Counted from the whole stretch's first letter, positions 24,266 through 37,427 are shown. The stretch is DNA of 63,803 bases, filler included, from Octopus bimaculoides (GCF_001194135.2; 5 parts of 5 records of this genome joined end to end with filler, not necessarily neighbours in it); one strand, 5' to 3'. Translations and numbers: made by a program. Notes: generated by a model not told the origin, from the sequence alone.

Positions 24266-26202
24266 ATACAGACATATATGTGTGAGTATATGTGTGTGTA
24301 GATTTGTATATATATATCCACACACGCCTGCGTACAAACATACACATCGTTTATTTTATTTTTATTATATTTTCTCATCCGTTCTTGTATATACATATTT
24401 TCTTCTTTCGCTTTTCTTTGATCGTTTATTTTTCATCTATTTACCTCCCTTCATTGTTGTTGTTCCTTCCTGCGTATTTCTTTATCATTCTACTTTCACT
24501 TCTTCCTACTCATTCTACTGTCTCTCCTCTCTCTATCTCTCTACCCCTTTCTCTCTCCCTCACTCTTTCACACACTCTAACTCTCTCTCCCTCTCTCTCT
24601 CACACCCTAACTCTCTCTCTCTCTCTTTATCAGTCTGTATATTCTAGTTACTATACTCAGTTCTTATATCCTCTTTTCAATTATATTCCCCTCCTATTTT
24701 ATCCATTTATTTCATATCATAATTCCTTTATATTTTGCTCCCATATACTTTTTCTTTCAACATCATTTTTAATGCTTGTAGTTTCAAGTTTCCTCTCCTG
24801 TTTTTTTCTTCTTTCCTTCTTGCTTTATTTTTATTTTTTATTCGTTCTTTTCTTTTACTCTAGTTGTTTGGCTCACTTATTCTACTGGCCACCACCACTG
24901 CCACCATCACCACTAATTTTATCCTCCATCTTTATCCATCTACATTTTTTCCTATTTTTCCTGATTGTTTTGTCAGCTCACTTCCTTAAGATTCTTTTAC
25001 ATGTTAGTTTCTTCCTTCTTTAATTCTCTGTCTTGTCTGTCTGGATGACTGACTGTCAGTTATACTTTTGTATAAATTCCGTTATTGCTGTTGTACTTCT
25101 AAGTTACTGTTGCGAATAGCACCGTGTTGTTGTTAGTGTTGATGATCATGATCATGATACTTATTTTCAAGTCAACCTCAATCGAATAGATGTATCATCA
25201 AAGCATATCGGCCGTGACCATCCCAACATTTTGAGTGCATGTTGGACTACATTATCAAATGTTTTCTTTTTTCAGCTATCTGTCACTCTATTTAACTACC
25301 GAGCTAGCTCTCTGTCTGTCTGTTTGCCTATCAATTTATCTATAAATCACCCAAGCTAGCTTTCTGTCTATCCATCTATATATTTTTTTCTATCTGAACC
25401 TTTGTCGATCTACTGAAAGGTTTATCTATTTATCTACCTATCAGCCTGCCTGTATACCAATTGATCTCNNNNNNNNNNNNNNNNNNNNNNNNNNNNNNNN
25501 NNNNNNNNNNNNNNNNNNNNNNNNNNNNNNNNNNNNNNNNNNNNNNNNNNNNNNNNNNNNNNNNNNNNNNNNNNNNNNNNNNNNNNNNNNNNNNNNNNNN
25601 NNNNNNNNNNNNNNNNNNNNNNNNNNNNNNNNNNNNNNNNNNNNNNNNNNNNNNNNNNNNNNNNNNNNNNNNNNNNNNNNNNNNNNNNNNNNNNNNNNNN
25701 NNNNNNNNNNNNNNNNNNNNNNNNNNNNNNNNNNNNNNNNNNNNNNNNNNNNNNNNNNNNNNNNNNNNNNNNNNNNNNNNNNNNNNNNNNNNNNNNNNNN
25801 NNNNNNNNNNNNNNNNNNNNNNNNNNNNNNNNNNNNNNNNNNNNNNNNNNNNNNNNNNNNNNNNNNNNNNNNNNNNNNNNNNNNNNNNNNNNNNNNNNNN
25901 NNNNNNNNNNNNNNNNNNNNNNNNNNNNNNNNNNNNNNNNNNNNNNNNNNNNNNNNNNNNNNNNNNNNNNNNNNNNNNNNNNNNNNNNNNNNNNNNNNNN
26001 NNNNNNNNNNNNNNNNNNNNNNNNNNNNNNNNNNNNNNNNNNNNNNNNNNNNNNNNNNNNNNNNNNNNNNNNNNNNNNNNNNNNNNNNNNNNNNNNNNNN
26101 NNNNNNNNNNNNNNNNNNNNNNNNNNNNNNNNNNNNNNNNNNNNNNNNNNNNNNNNNNNNNNNNNNNNNNNNNNNNNNNNNNNNNNNNNNNNNNNNNNNN
26201 NN

Positions 26203-26371
26203 ATACGACGGGCTTCTTTCACTTTCCGTCTACCAAATCCACTCACAAGGCTTTGGTTGCCTCGAGGCTATAGTAGAATACACTCGCCTAAGGTGTCATG
26301 CAGTGGGACTGAGCCCAGAACCATGTGGTTGGGAAGCAAGCTTCTTACCACACAGCCACTCCTGTGCCTAA
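26203..26371 (-). mobile_element. SINE family B head
   Basis: Reverse complement of 2208-2376. Confidence 0.9.
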
Positions 26372-26389
26372 ATGATGTGTGTGCGTGTG

Positions 26390-26439
<50 letters not shown>

Positions 26440-26657
26440 AAGATCAAATAAAACTGAATGCAATGAAGATAGTGATGGTCAACGTCAAAACTTATTACTT
26501 TGAAAAAGTGCCAGAAACGTACAGCAGAATTAATGTGGGGAATGAGATGTCCAGTGTCTTGGAGAGTCTTTCATCAAGATAAAGATGGTAGTTTCTGAAA
26601 ACAGACAGGATGTAAAACTCTACAGTGTTTTACTTCACTCCTGCCGTTCTTCATTTT

Positions 26658-26693
26658 TACCCTGAAAAAGGACATTGTCCGAAACGTTTTGTA
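26658..26693 (+). ncRNA. Degenerate minimal hammerhead-like motif
   Basis: CUGAAAA-A-GGAC(AUU)GUCC-GAAAC-GUU: stem II intact, G8 changed to A, stem I poor. Confidence 0.35.
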
Positions 26694-26734
26694 CTCCACT
26701 TGCAATACCAATTTTACAGTACTCTTGTGCCTAA

Positions 26735-27802
26735 GTATCACCACAAATGGTCTGGAGACTGAGGTGTGGCCATTCATCACCCTCATCCTTTTCTCCTCAA
26801 ACCAACCCATTGAGACTCTGAATGTGTGGCATGGAGCATTGCCTTGTTGAAAGATTACGCTGTCTGAGATGTTATCGTTGAAAATTTTAGCTAAGGAAGG
26901 TTGATAAACTTGATCTAACATTTTGGTGTTAAGTGTTTGAATTCATTCTGCCCTCACAAGTGAACAACATTCCTGGGCCTGAAGACGACATGCAGCGCCA
27001 AACCATTACGCTTCCCCCTCCAAATTTGATTGCTAGAACCACACATCCAGGAGGATATGCCTCCCCAACTCTACAGAGAACATAAACAGCTCCATTTTCA
27101 TGCTCTTTTGCCCAAGACAATCACTTCATTTTCACCTCAGACAGCAACGGCTTCTTTCTGGATTCACATCTTTTGATCCCAGCTTCTAATAACCTTCCCC
27201 TCACTGTGCGAGTTGATATATCCTTGTTTGTTGCCACCCAAAATTCAGCAGCTATATCAAAAGATGTCTTTTTCCTATCTGCCAGGGATGTCCTCTTCAG
27301 CAACCTGTCTTCTTTTGTGATTGTACAATTTTGACAACCTTGTCCATTACAGTTTTTTGAAAAAATTGGTCTCATTGTACCTTTTAATGGACACCTTTTC
27401 TCGAGCATTTCAATTTTCTAACAACTTCAACTTGGGAGAATCTTTCGCTGGATAATGAAATGGTTTGAGCCCTTTCAGCTTCAGGAATCTGTTTCTTTGG
27501 AGACATTTTCAACAAATATTAACCACTGATAAGTTATCAATAAGATATTCACTGAAAAAATGGGGAAAAACATTAGTCTAACACAATGAGTAGCAGAAAA
27601 TTGTCCCAGTCTCTTGCGCCAACTTAGTCTCAAGTGGGCAAAAATGCATAAAAGTGATTATAGAAGCAAAAGGAGGACACAACAAATACTAATTATTGAT
27701 GGGATAAACTCTAGAATGTTTATTATTTCAATTGTTAAGTAAAGGAGTTTCAATCATATTCACTATTTTCTCATACCTGCTCCATAATGTTGGCCAAGGC
27801 TG
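26735..27802 (-). mobile_element. Decayed Tc1 (DD34E) transposon with long left inverted repeat
   Basis: Terminus TA|CAGCCTTGGCCAAC. ATG near 27507, with EDRLLKRTS, GGGSVMVW, FQQGNAPCH and WP..SPD..HLW remnants. Confidence 0.85.
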
Positions 27803-28511
27803 TATATGTTACACGTTATACGTTTGAAGTATATTTATATATTTTGATATGCGTGCCTGTAAGAATGTATACTAAAATTGATTGGTGCATCTCTGAAGAT
27901 AAATGGTAATTTACAACCACCTGTCAAATAGACGTGACAAAATCTAGTAATGATTCATCGTGGACTCTGCTATCTGATATGCAGTTATGTTTCTACTTAG
28001 TAGCATAGGTTTAATGTCGATAAGTATACTTAGTCTCATCTTAACTGTGATAAGAGAAACATTTACACTTACTACTTCAGTATTTCAGTAAAATTTTTGA
28101 CACATCTCAACATAGATATGTTTGTTGATACCATAGTACGCTGATCATTTGACAATGTAATATTTTTAATGCATTTCCTTATATAACAGATATTATTGTT
28201 AATGAAACTCGTGTAAGATATATTTAATAACCTCAATCCAACACACCTCACACTCCCACTGAGCCACCTACCTCTTCCCGGCACTATTTCTTTCTTGCCT
28301 TCCACTACAACCATTCTACCTATATATTTCCCTGCGTTATAATCTGATGCGTTAGATTCTTATCTCTCCATCCTGAAGAAGGAGGCCGGGTCTTTTTTCT
28401 AGGGCTTGTTTGCTTCCATTACTGGTTGTAAATTTTTGGTGAACTACATCTGCCAACATTATGAAGTAACACCGAGCCCCTGGAACAGTAATCGGACTTG
28501 TAACACCATAC

Positions 28512-28559
28512 CTTCTCCCCACTAATTCTTTGAGTCTATGTAATCTGAGTAAGTTTGCT
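28512..28559 (-). CDS. Candidate 48-nt exon
   Basis: tattaatag|A...GAAG|gtatgg. Only the phase-2 frame is open (ANLLRLHRLKELVGR). Confidence 0.25.
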
Positions 28560-29010
28560 CTATTAATACACACACACACACACTTGAATGTTAATCATCT
28601 GAAAATCTTTCATTCTTTGCTTTATTTTAATTACATGCATACATGTATATATATTCTGTACATCAAACCCAAGGGAATTTATCTGTTTATTTTCATCATT
28701 GTCTCCATATCTGCACACTTGAATTCCCCGTATAGCCAATTGCTATACCCCGCTGACCTGGTTCTCGGTAAAGATTTCAAATTTTTTGAGCGCTATTAAG
28801 TGTTTTCTACATAGAGATTCTCTAGATCTAGTCTTATAGTCTAAAATCTCACAAAATCTACCCATTAACTCTGCACTAACTTTGAAAATGACCTCTTAGA
28901 ATGATTTTAAAATATCAAGTTCTCGAATAAATCCAGATCTTTCCAGAATGACCTATCAGGATTATATCTAACATCAAGCATTATTCTCCATGCCTAGCCG
29001 TCTTCACACA

Positions 29011-29070
<60 letters not shown>

Positions 29071-29579
29071 NNNNNNNNNNNNNNNNNNNNNNNNNNNNNN
29101 NNNNNNNNNNNNNNNNNNNNNNNNNNNNNNNNNNNNNNNNNNNNNNNNNNNNNNNNNNNNNNNNNNNNNNNNNNNNNNNNNNNNNNNNNNNNNNNNNNNN
29201 NNNNNNNNNNNNNNNNNNNNNNNNNNNNNNNNNNNNNNNNNNNNNNNNNNNNNNNNNNNNNNNNNNNNNNNNNNNNNNNNNNNNNNNNNNNNNNNNNNNN
29301 NNNNNNNNNNNNNNNNNNNNNNNNNNNNNNNNNNNNNNNNNNNNNNNNNNNNNNNNNNNNNNNNNNNNNNNNNNNNNNNACATATAGAGAAACATACTTT
29401 CCCTCCTTTTTCTCTTAAACACACTCTGCTTTTTATATTCACTTCTCTTCTTTGACTTTACCAATTAATTTTGGAAAATTATTGTTTCTGCATTTTCTAA
29501 ATTCTCTCTCTCTCCCTCTTTCTCTCTCTTTTTCTCTCCTTCCCTCTCTCTCTCTCTCTCTCTCTCTTTTTCTCTCTCA

Positions 29580-29610
<31 letters not shown>

Positions 29611-30530
29611 TCTCCACATTTTTTTCTCTCCTACTTATCACCCCTCTCTTCTCTCTCCGACGCCTCGCTTTTTCCTTATATACATTTCTAACATAATTTG
29701 GACAGTATGTTATTCACAAGTTTCTCTCACTTAGAAATTATGTGTTAGATGTTATAAAAAAATGGACTGCCCAGGGGAAATTAAAACCAACAAAAACAAA
29801 ATGTAATATCCTAAAAACTATCGAGGATAATTTGCTCATGAAACGGAATAATTAAGTAGAAACTAAGAATACGACTGCCTCCATCCCTCAAACAATCGAG
29901 CCTGTACACACACGCGCGCGCACACACATGTACATACACTCATATACAGACGTACATGTACAATTGCGTATAAAGAGAACCGACACTTGCTGCTTTATTG
30001 TTGTTAATAATGTGTGACAATGATAGCATCGTCCTCACTACTGAAGGATCGTGAGTTCACAGCCAGTTAAAGTCAAGTTGATGAACAAAGTAAATGCAAA
30101 TTGTGTTTTCCCCACCTGTCTATAGAATATATAATTCGATAGTGGCTTGCTGACTTAAGTAGTTTGATGGGTTTTTAAAACTCAATGTCGAATGAATTAA
30201 GGCATTATTAAATATTTTCGACATTGGCATAACACTGTATTTATAAGAAAGAAGTTAAAACAATTGTAACGTACATAACTCGCCCAAGTTCGAGTTGAAA
30301 TGATTCTCAGAAAACTACGAATTCATATGCATTATCATAGAGTCGATTCACCTTAGAATACCCACCCTTGTCAACATAATTCATCGAGAACTCTGCTCCA
30401 TGATGCCGATTACCGCAAGAACCGTTTCAATTCGCAGAAATATCCCTCAAAATAAAACATTTATCGTAGTATACAGTTTAAATAAGTTTATTTGTAGGCT
30501 ACTGATATAGAATGTTTTTATCCTCCATAG

Positions 30531-32427
30531 CAGCGGTTCTCAACCTGGGTTCGATCGAATCCCAGGGGTTCGTTGAATCAGTCTCAGGTGGTTCGGCAGG
30601 GGTCAAGACACACACAGTATAATCCGGTTCACACTAGCAATGTCGAGCCGTTTTTGTCGGCTGTCAAAAAAACAATTTTTCTTCGCCGTCTTAGATTCCA
30701 AATATTCAGTTGCTAATTAAAAATTTGTTACACAAAATAAGTTTCCATGATAAACTAGTTTATTAAAAGATAAATTAGGATAACAATATAGAATTTTGTT
30801 TTAAAAAAAATTAATTTATAAATAATTTTTTTATTTTTTTAAGTTTTGAACAAAGCAAAAATCGGCTCAGGCTTATGTGTGTCCGTTCCGTTCAGCCAAC
30901 TCGTATTATTCGTGACGTCACGCTCTGCTTGGCCATCATTGGCTGCAGCTGATCACGCCACATCGCTTGGCTTTGATGTTTGTGCTGCAGGGAGCTTGGT
31001 GCGCTCAGTAATCGACTTGTGGCGGTTGTAATTGTACGTCATTTGTGAGTTTCTTTTAATCTTTCAAATCTTTCATACTAAGTCGATTAAAAAAAGAAAG
31101 TGGTTGAACAAATACGTACAATATGGATTCACTTGTATAAAGGAACGTGATGGGAGTCAACATTCTCAATGCAAGATTTGCAATGCCAAGCTGAGCAATT
31201 CTAGTCTAGCACTGGCAAAACTAAAGGAACACTTCCTGAAGCTGCATTTAGATGGGAAATACAAGAACTGAATTCAAGGTGAAGAGAGCCAGATTCGCAG
31301 AAAAGGCTACTCTGCCTGTACCCATCGACAAACCGATCCTCACAGAATCGAACAAAGTTGCGTACCTAATTGCAAAGCAGGACAAACCACACGTCATTGG
31401 TGAAACACTCGTAAAACTAGTTGCGTTGAAGATGGCAAATACCATGCTGAGTAAAGCTGCTGAAGATAAATTATCCCAAATTCCTCTTTCAAATGACACT
31501 ATCAGAATCAGAATATACGACATGAACGATGACATCTTGGCTGAAATAGCTACAGATCTGATTTCATGGCGGTGGAGTCAACATCATCGAAACGGAAGAA
31601 AACCTGAAGGCGTTTATAAAAATGCTACTTTTATGGGAACAACGAACAGAGAATGATAACTTCGCAAACTTGCCCCTACTGGACGACTGTGTAAGATCAA
31701 AGATGTGTTTGGAATTGGAAACATTTCTGTACCTAGGGAGCCGAAGCAAGTAATTGCCATGCACTTAGTTGAGCTCGCAAAGTCTCTCGACAGATATTTC
31801 CCCACCAGAGAGTCATATCCTGCATGGGTGAGACAGCCGTTCACGTTTAGTGTTGCGACAGCAGATGTCAATGATAAATACCTCGACGAAATCATAGAAC
31901 TTCAGTATAACCAGCTTCGACAGTAACTCTTCAGAACAACGCTCTCAACGTTTTGGTGTCACCAAATCGTACCATACCCTCTTATTGCTAAGAAAGCCCT
32001 TGAGATACTCACACGGTTTGTTATAAAGTACCTTTACGAGCAATCCTTTTTGTGAATGGTATACATGAAAACTAAAAAAAAAAAAGGAACAGACTCTGAT
32101 GCGAAAATGATATGAGAGTGGCATTTGCCAAGGTGAAGCCACGCATTTCTGAACTTGTATATGAAAGGCAAAACATCAGAAGTCTCATTTATTTGCAGTA
32201 AATATTCTTTGAGTTGTTTTTGTGTGAAATGCATGTTTTGTTAGTTTTATTCTTTGAGCACAGTGACTTTATGTACAACTGATGCATGGTTCATTTTGTG
32301 CACTAATAAAATATATACCTATGTTTTGAAGAAATCATATTTTATTTTTCAAATTACGAAGGGTTCGGTGAATGTACTGATGAAGCTTGCAGGGTTCAGT
32401 ACCTCAAATAAGGTTTAAGAACCAGCT
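30531..32427 (+). mobile_element. hAT transposon, Buster/Charlie (ZBED5/ZBED8-like) type, internally deleted
   Basis: Left TIR CAGCGGTTCTCAACCT, right end AGGTTTAAGAACCAGCT. 8-bp flanks ctccatag/ctctatag (nnnTAnnn). BED finger (CKIC...LKEHFLKLH), KPHVIGETLVK, IPLSNDTIRIRI, and a C-terminal dimerisation-like region are present with frameshifts. Confidence 0.92.
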
Positions 32428-32542
32428 CTCTATAGTTAAGTGATATAACGTGGATCACTTCAGATAAGAATTACAGCCGATAACTAACTCCTTTCTAATA
32501 ATTTTACTTGCGTGTTATAAAATAAACTAACCTGAGTACGTG

Positions 32543-32606
32543 ACTAGTACACTATTTTACTAGTACACTATTTTACTAGTACACCATTTTACTAGTACAC
32601 TATTTT
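32543..32606. repeat. 16-bp tandem repeat x4 (actagtacactatttt)
   Basis: Four units with one substitution, at the tail of a diverged SINE A copy (about 32590-32720, minus strand). Confidence 0.9.
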
Positions 32607-33751
32607 ATTGATCTCGATGAGATCGAAAAGTTGACTTCTGCGTGATTTGAACTCAGAATGATTCGAACCACTGAAAAGCATTTTGACCAAGGTTCTGATG
32701 ATTTTGCCGAGCCATTATCTTCAGTCACATTATGTGCGTTTAGGCAATTATATCTATTTTATTGTTTGTTGCGCCGAATATAATTCTTATCTATAGCACC
32801 ATTAACACATGCTGGATCATTACACACACATGTATGTGTATTTTTAATTAGACCATGCATTCTATAGTTAGGAAACATCTAGGTTTATGTCTGGATAATC
32901 GAGATCCTTAGTATATCTAAGCAACGAAGTTTATGTAGTATGCTCACTGATATGGTGACTAATTCGTTATTCAGGAATTTTCCTGAAGATTGTGGACGCC
33001 GAGAATCCGACTATGTATCAGCTGCCACGGTAAACGAAGTTTCTCTTTATAAAATATGAGATGTTATAGATAATATATGCGTATGTATGTTTGTGTATAA
33101 GTATATGTATATTTGTGTGTGTATACATATATATGTATATATGTGCTTATATATATATATATATATCTTTCTATTTATACATACATATATATAGGCGTAA
33201 ACATACATATATATATATATGTATATATACATACATACATACATACATACATACATACATACATACATACATACATACATACATACATGTAATCTTTTGA
33301 GTAGATTTCTGTTGAGCTTTTCAAGGAATTTAATCTTCTCGGTTCCGAAGAAAAGATAAAAAGCTGAACAAGTCGCGATCATATTTTGAATCACGTCTTC
33401 ACTGAACTTCAATCATTTACAGACAGTTTTCTATTGAAATTTATCAATTATATATTCTTCACAAAAGGCCACTCAGAAATATCTGGTTGGCTACTTGGAT
33501 GGTTGGATGGTTCCCTGGCTAGGCGATGTATTTTTTTTTTCTCTTCTTGTTATTTTTGAGGTTATTTTGTTTCGGGTGAGGTTGTGGAGTGAGTTTCTTT
33601 GGGGTTTCTTTTTTTATATTTTAGATTTATTGTAGGATAAAGAGAGAAATGAACATCACTCATAGAGACATTCTATACCCCTTTATAATCTTATCATGAA
33701 AGAATTATTATCATTAATATTATTAAGAAATGATCATCATCATCATCATCG

Positions 33752-33802
<51 letters not shown>

Positions 33803-34012
33803 GCTGTAGCTGCAGCAGATGCAATAGTTACAGTAGCAGCGTTGCAATCGTCCTTTATACTATAATGGCTGCTGGCCCTAAAGATAAGCTGCCTGTCAAC
33901 CGACTCCACGATCCGGTTTCAGTTTCCATTTGGAGAAATTTTCACTCTCAAATACGGTGACAGGAAACCCTGTTAGTGAATTTATGGTTTTGTTGTTGTT
34001 GCTGTTATTTAC

Positions 34013-34153
34013 CTCAAGGCCATCGCTGAACGAGCAGAGCTGTTCTCAAAGGCATTCCAATCTTTATCATACTGCTTTGTGTTGTTGTTTTTAGGCCATT
34101 TCATATCTAGGACCCCATTATTCAACATGTCTTTTCTCTTCTTCGGATGTCGC
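34013..34153 (-). CDS. Candidate 141-nt exon
   Basis: ttcactcaaattacag|G...TGAG|gtaaat. Only the phase-2 frame is open (RHPKKRKDMLNNGVLDMKWPKNNNTKQYDKDWNAFENSSARSAMAL). Confidence 0.35.
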
Positions 34154-34305
34154 CTGTAATTTGAGTGAAATTTAACAGCGCTTTCTGGCAAATTGAACGA
34201 CTATGTCGAAACTTCTTCGTTTGTTCATCAGCATAGACTTGTTGAGGAGCTACAAACGTCACAGGATCTCGTAACTGGCTTTTATTTTACACATAAAGAA
34301 TAACT

Positions 34306-34414
<109 letters not shown>

Positions 34415-34419
34415 GTATG

Positions 34420-34575
34420 TGTTTGTCCCCCATTACCGCTTGATAACCGGTGATAGAATAAGTACCAAGCTTTAAAAAAATAAGTCCTGAGGTCGATTTG
34501 TCCGATTAAAACCCTTCGAAACGGTGCGCCAGTATGGCAGCAGCGAAATGACTGAAACAAGTAAATGATAAAAGA
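34420..34575 (+). mobile_element. SINE family B middle/tail
   Basis: Follows (TG)n. gatagaataagtacc...gtcgatttgtccgattaaaaccc...gactgaaacaagtaaa. Confidence 0.75.
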
Positions 34576-35004
34576 TAAAGAAACTAAGTGGAAACCTGTT
34601 GTATGTGCGTGTGTTAATGTAATAAATATATGTGTGTTGCGATATTGCATTGGATAAGAAGCTTTTCTAGCTTTATCATTTCTTTGTTTTTTCCATTTTG
34701 TGTCTGGCGGGGGTTGTAGGATCTACTTTCGTATGGCTTTCCTGCAGTTTGTATGGGGCAGTCAAATTCCCAAAGACGTCATAAACATTTCTAGATCTTC
34801 ATAACATCCGTCGTCTTCTGATTGACAAGATGTTTCCGGCCCCTTTATGTTTCTACCTCTTCATAGGGATCATGGTAAACTCCTTCAAAATGTAAAACTA
34901 GGACTCTCGAACTTTCAAGATATACGTGTGCGTGCGCATGCGCATGTGTTTGTGTGTGTGTATCTTATATCTTTTTTCTTCTATTTGTTTCAGATATTAC
35001 ACTG

Positions 35005-35160
35005 TGGTCATACTGGGGCAACGCCTTGAAGAATTTCAGTTGAACGAATCGACCCAAGTACATTTTTCAAGCCTGATATTTAATCTAGCGAATCTTTTGT
35101 CGAACCGTTAAGTCTCAGGGGATGTAAACACAGAAGCAGTGGTGGGGAGCAAAAACACAC
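35005..35160 (-). mobile_element. SINE family B middle/tail
   Basis: Reverse complement matches 61012-61113 and 34420-34575. Confidence 0.7.
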
Positions 35161-35183
35161 ACGCACGCACACACAAACACAAT

Positions 35184-35234
<51 letters not shown>

Positions 35235-35299
35235 TAAACACACACTATAACGGACGCTCGCATACAAGTACACATACATACATGCATATATATATATAT

Positions 35300-35399
35300 N
35301 NNNNNNNNNNNNNNNNNNNNNNNNNNNNNNNNNNNNNNNNNNNTTAATTAATTAANNNNNNNNNNNNNNNNNNNNNNNNNNNNNNNNNNNNNNNNNNNN
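35300..35399. other. Artificial assembly joint N44-TTAATTAATTAA-N44
   Basis: Same 100-bp structure as 5139-5238. Confidence 0.95.
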
Positions 35400-36906
35400 A
35401 AATTGAGCTTTATAGATAAAATATATATAAAATATATAGTTTTAGGGAAAATAACCAAGTTTCAAGAACTCATCGAGGAAAATCCACTATCACATATAGA
35501 AATATTAACAATTAAAAGCACAATAAATGAGTATAATATAAAGCAAAGTAAATATCATAAGATAAATATAATAAAATGATTACACGTGTTTCATAACTAA
35601 TTTTCAAATAGAAAGGAAATTTAAATCGATTAAAATCAGTTGAAATTATCGAAAATTAAATTCTATTCAAAAATATAGCTAATAGTTTGAATTACGGACA
35701 AATATGGATAAGTACTGTTTTTACTTTGCTAAAGATTTTCTACTATTTGAAAATAATATGTATTCTTGTTTTTTTATATTATTCATTCGGTTCTTTATAG
35801 GTTATTTTTCATAGATAACTTATTTAACACTAAATTGTTTAGAAGTTATAGTTTCATTTCTACATAATATTAGAACTTCGATTTGAATAGTGTTGTTATA
35901 GTTTCGATTATTTTTGATTGATAATATTTGATTAATAATTAGTCTTTATTGTTTATAATATCGTTAAAAGTTTTTTTTTTATTAAAACTTTGTATATATA
36001 TATAAAGTTTAATCTTTTATTCTTAATAATTTTTTCTTTCCTAATTTTTTCATTCATAATTTTTTCGTTCATAACTTTTTCATTCATATTTTTATTCTTA
36101 CGTTTGTAGAAATGAATATTCTTGTATTTTTCTATTATTCAATTGATTTTTAATGATAATTAAATAAACGTTTTTAGCTTTAAATAGTATAGCTTTAACT
36201 ATTACACCGGTTAAATATGTACTAATTTTATCTTCATTATTATTGTAAACTTAAACTTCGTTCAAATTGTCTTTAAAACAAACATAATTTAAAACAATGA
36301 TAATTTATGTAAGTTGTTTTTTGTATATAATATACATGTTATTATAATGGAGGAAGGGAGGATTATTGAATGGTTATTATTTTGATATTTTTAATATTTT
36401 TTCTATCTTTATAAAATAAGTATTTCATATNNNNNNNNNNNNNNNNNNNNNNNNNNNNNNNNNNNNNNNNNNNNNNNNNNNNNNNNNNNNNNNNNNNNNN
36501 NNNNNNNNNNNNNNNNNNNNNNNNNNNNNNNNNNNNNNNNNNNNNNNNNNNNNNNNNNNNNNNNNNNNNNNNNNNNNNNNNNNNNNNNNNNNNNNNNNNN
36601 NNNNNNNNNNNNNNNNNNNNNNNNNNNNNNNNNNNNNNNNNNNNNNNNNNNNNNNNNNNNNNNNNNNNNNNNNNNNNNNNNNNNNNNNNNNNNNNNNNNN
36701 NNNNNNNNNNNNNNNNNNNNNNNNNNNNNNNNNNNNNNNNNNNNNNNNNNNNNNNNNNNNNNNNNNNNNNNNNNNNNNNNNNNNNNNNNNNNNNNNNNNN
36801 NNNNNNNNNNNNNNNNNNNNNNNNNNNNNNNNNNNNNNNNNNNNNNNNNNNNNNNNNACAGACAGACAGAGGCAGAGAAAGAGAGAGAGTACAAAAGTAT
36901 GTGTAA

Positions 36907-36993
36907 AGAAGAAGAAGAAGAAGAAGAAGAAGAAGAAGAAGAAGAAGAAGAAGAAGAAGAAGAAGAAGAAGAAGAAGAAGAAGAAGAAGAAGA
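36907..36993. repeat. (GAA)n microsatellite
   Basis: Directly visible. Confidence 0.95.
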
Positions 36994-37320
36994 AAGTAAA
37001 TGGAATGAAGAAAAAAATATATAAATATAAATAAAATAAAGACAAGAATAACAATAACACTAATAGTAATAGAGAGCAGTCGGGGGAGAGTTAAGTCCAT
37101 CATGAATAAAGAAATGGAATATTATGGAGCGGTCAATATTGTTGCGCTCTTGTCAAATGATGACCTGTATGGTGCCTATTGATTTGAGGTAACTTATTCA
37201 GTACTCACAGGTGGTACGGTGTACATACACACACACACACGCACAAACACTCACACTTATATATATATATATATATGTATATATATGTGTGTGTGTGTGT
37301 GTTTGTGTGTGTATAATACA

Positions 37321-37368
<48 letters not shown>

Positions 37369-37377
37369 ATTTTATAT

Positions 37378-37427
<50 letters not shown>

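Noticed and set aside
28365-28420. CCTGAAGAAGG as a fourth hammerhead
   Set aside because: No stem II partner or GAAAC downstream.
30040-30120. Minus-strand VGKTQFAFTL resembling a RAD51-family P-loop
   Set aside because: No upstream G..G in an exon, a stop after about 25 codons, and no usable donor. Likely chance.
32543-32606. Regular 16-bp repeats as a CRISPR array
   Set aside because: Head-to-tail tandem units with no spacers, in eukaryotic DNA.
33290-33412. FSEDVIQNMIATCSAFYLFFGTEKIKFLEKLNRNLLKRLH as an exon
   Set aside because: The donor is supplied by a (TATG)n repeat, and the only good acceptor is separated from it by an in-frame stop.
35445-35490. Minus-strand CUCGAUGA-GUUCUU-GAAAC as a hammerhead
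   Set aside because: The core has an insertion and stem II cannot form.
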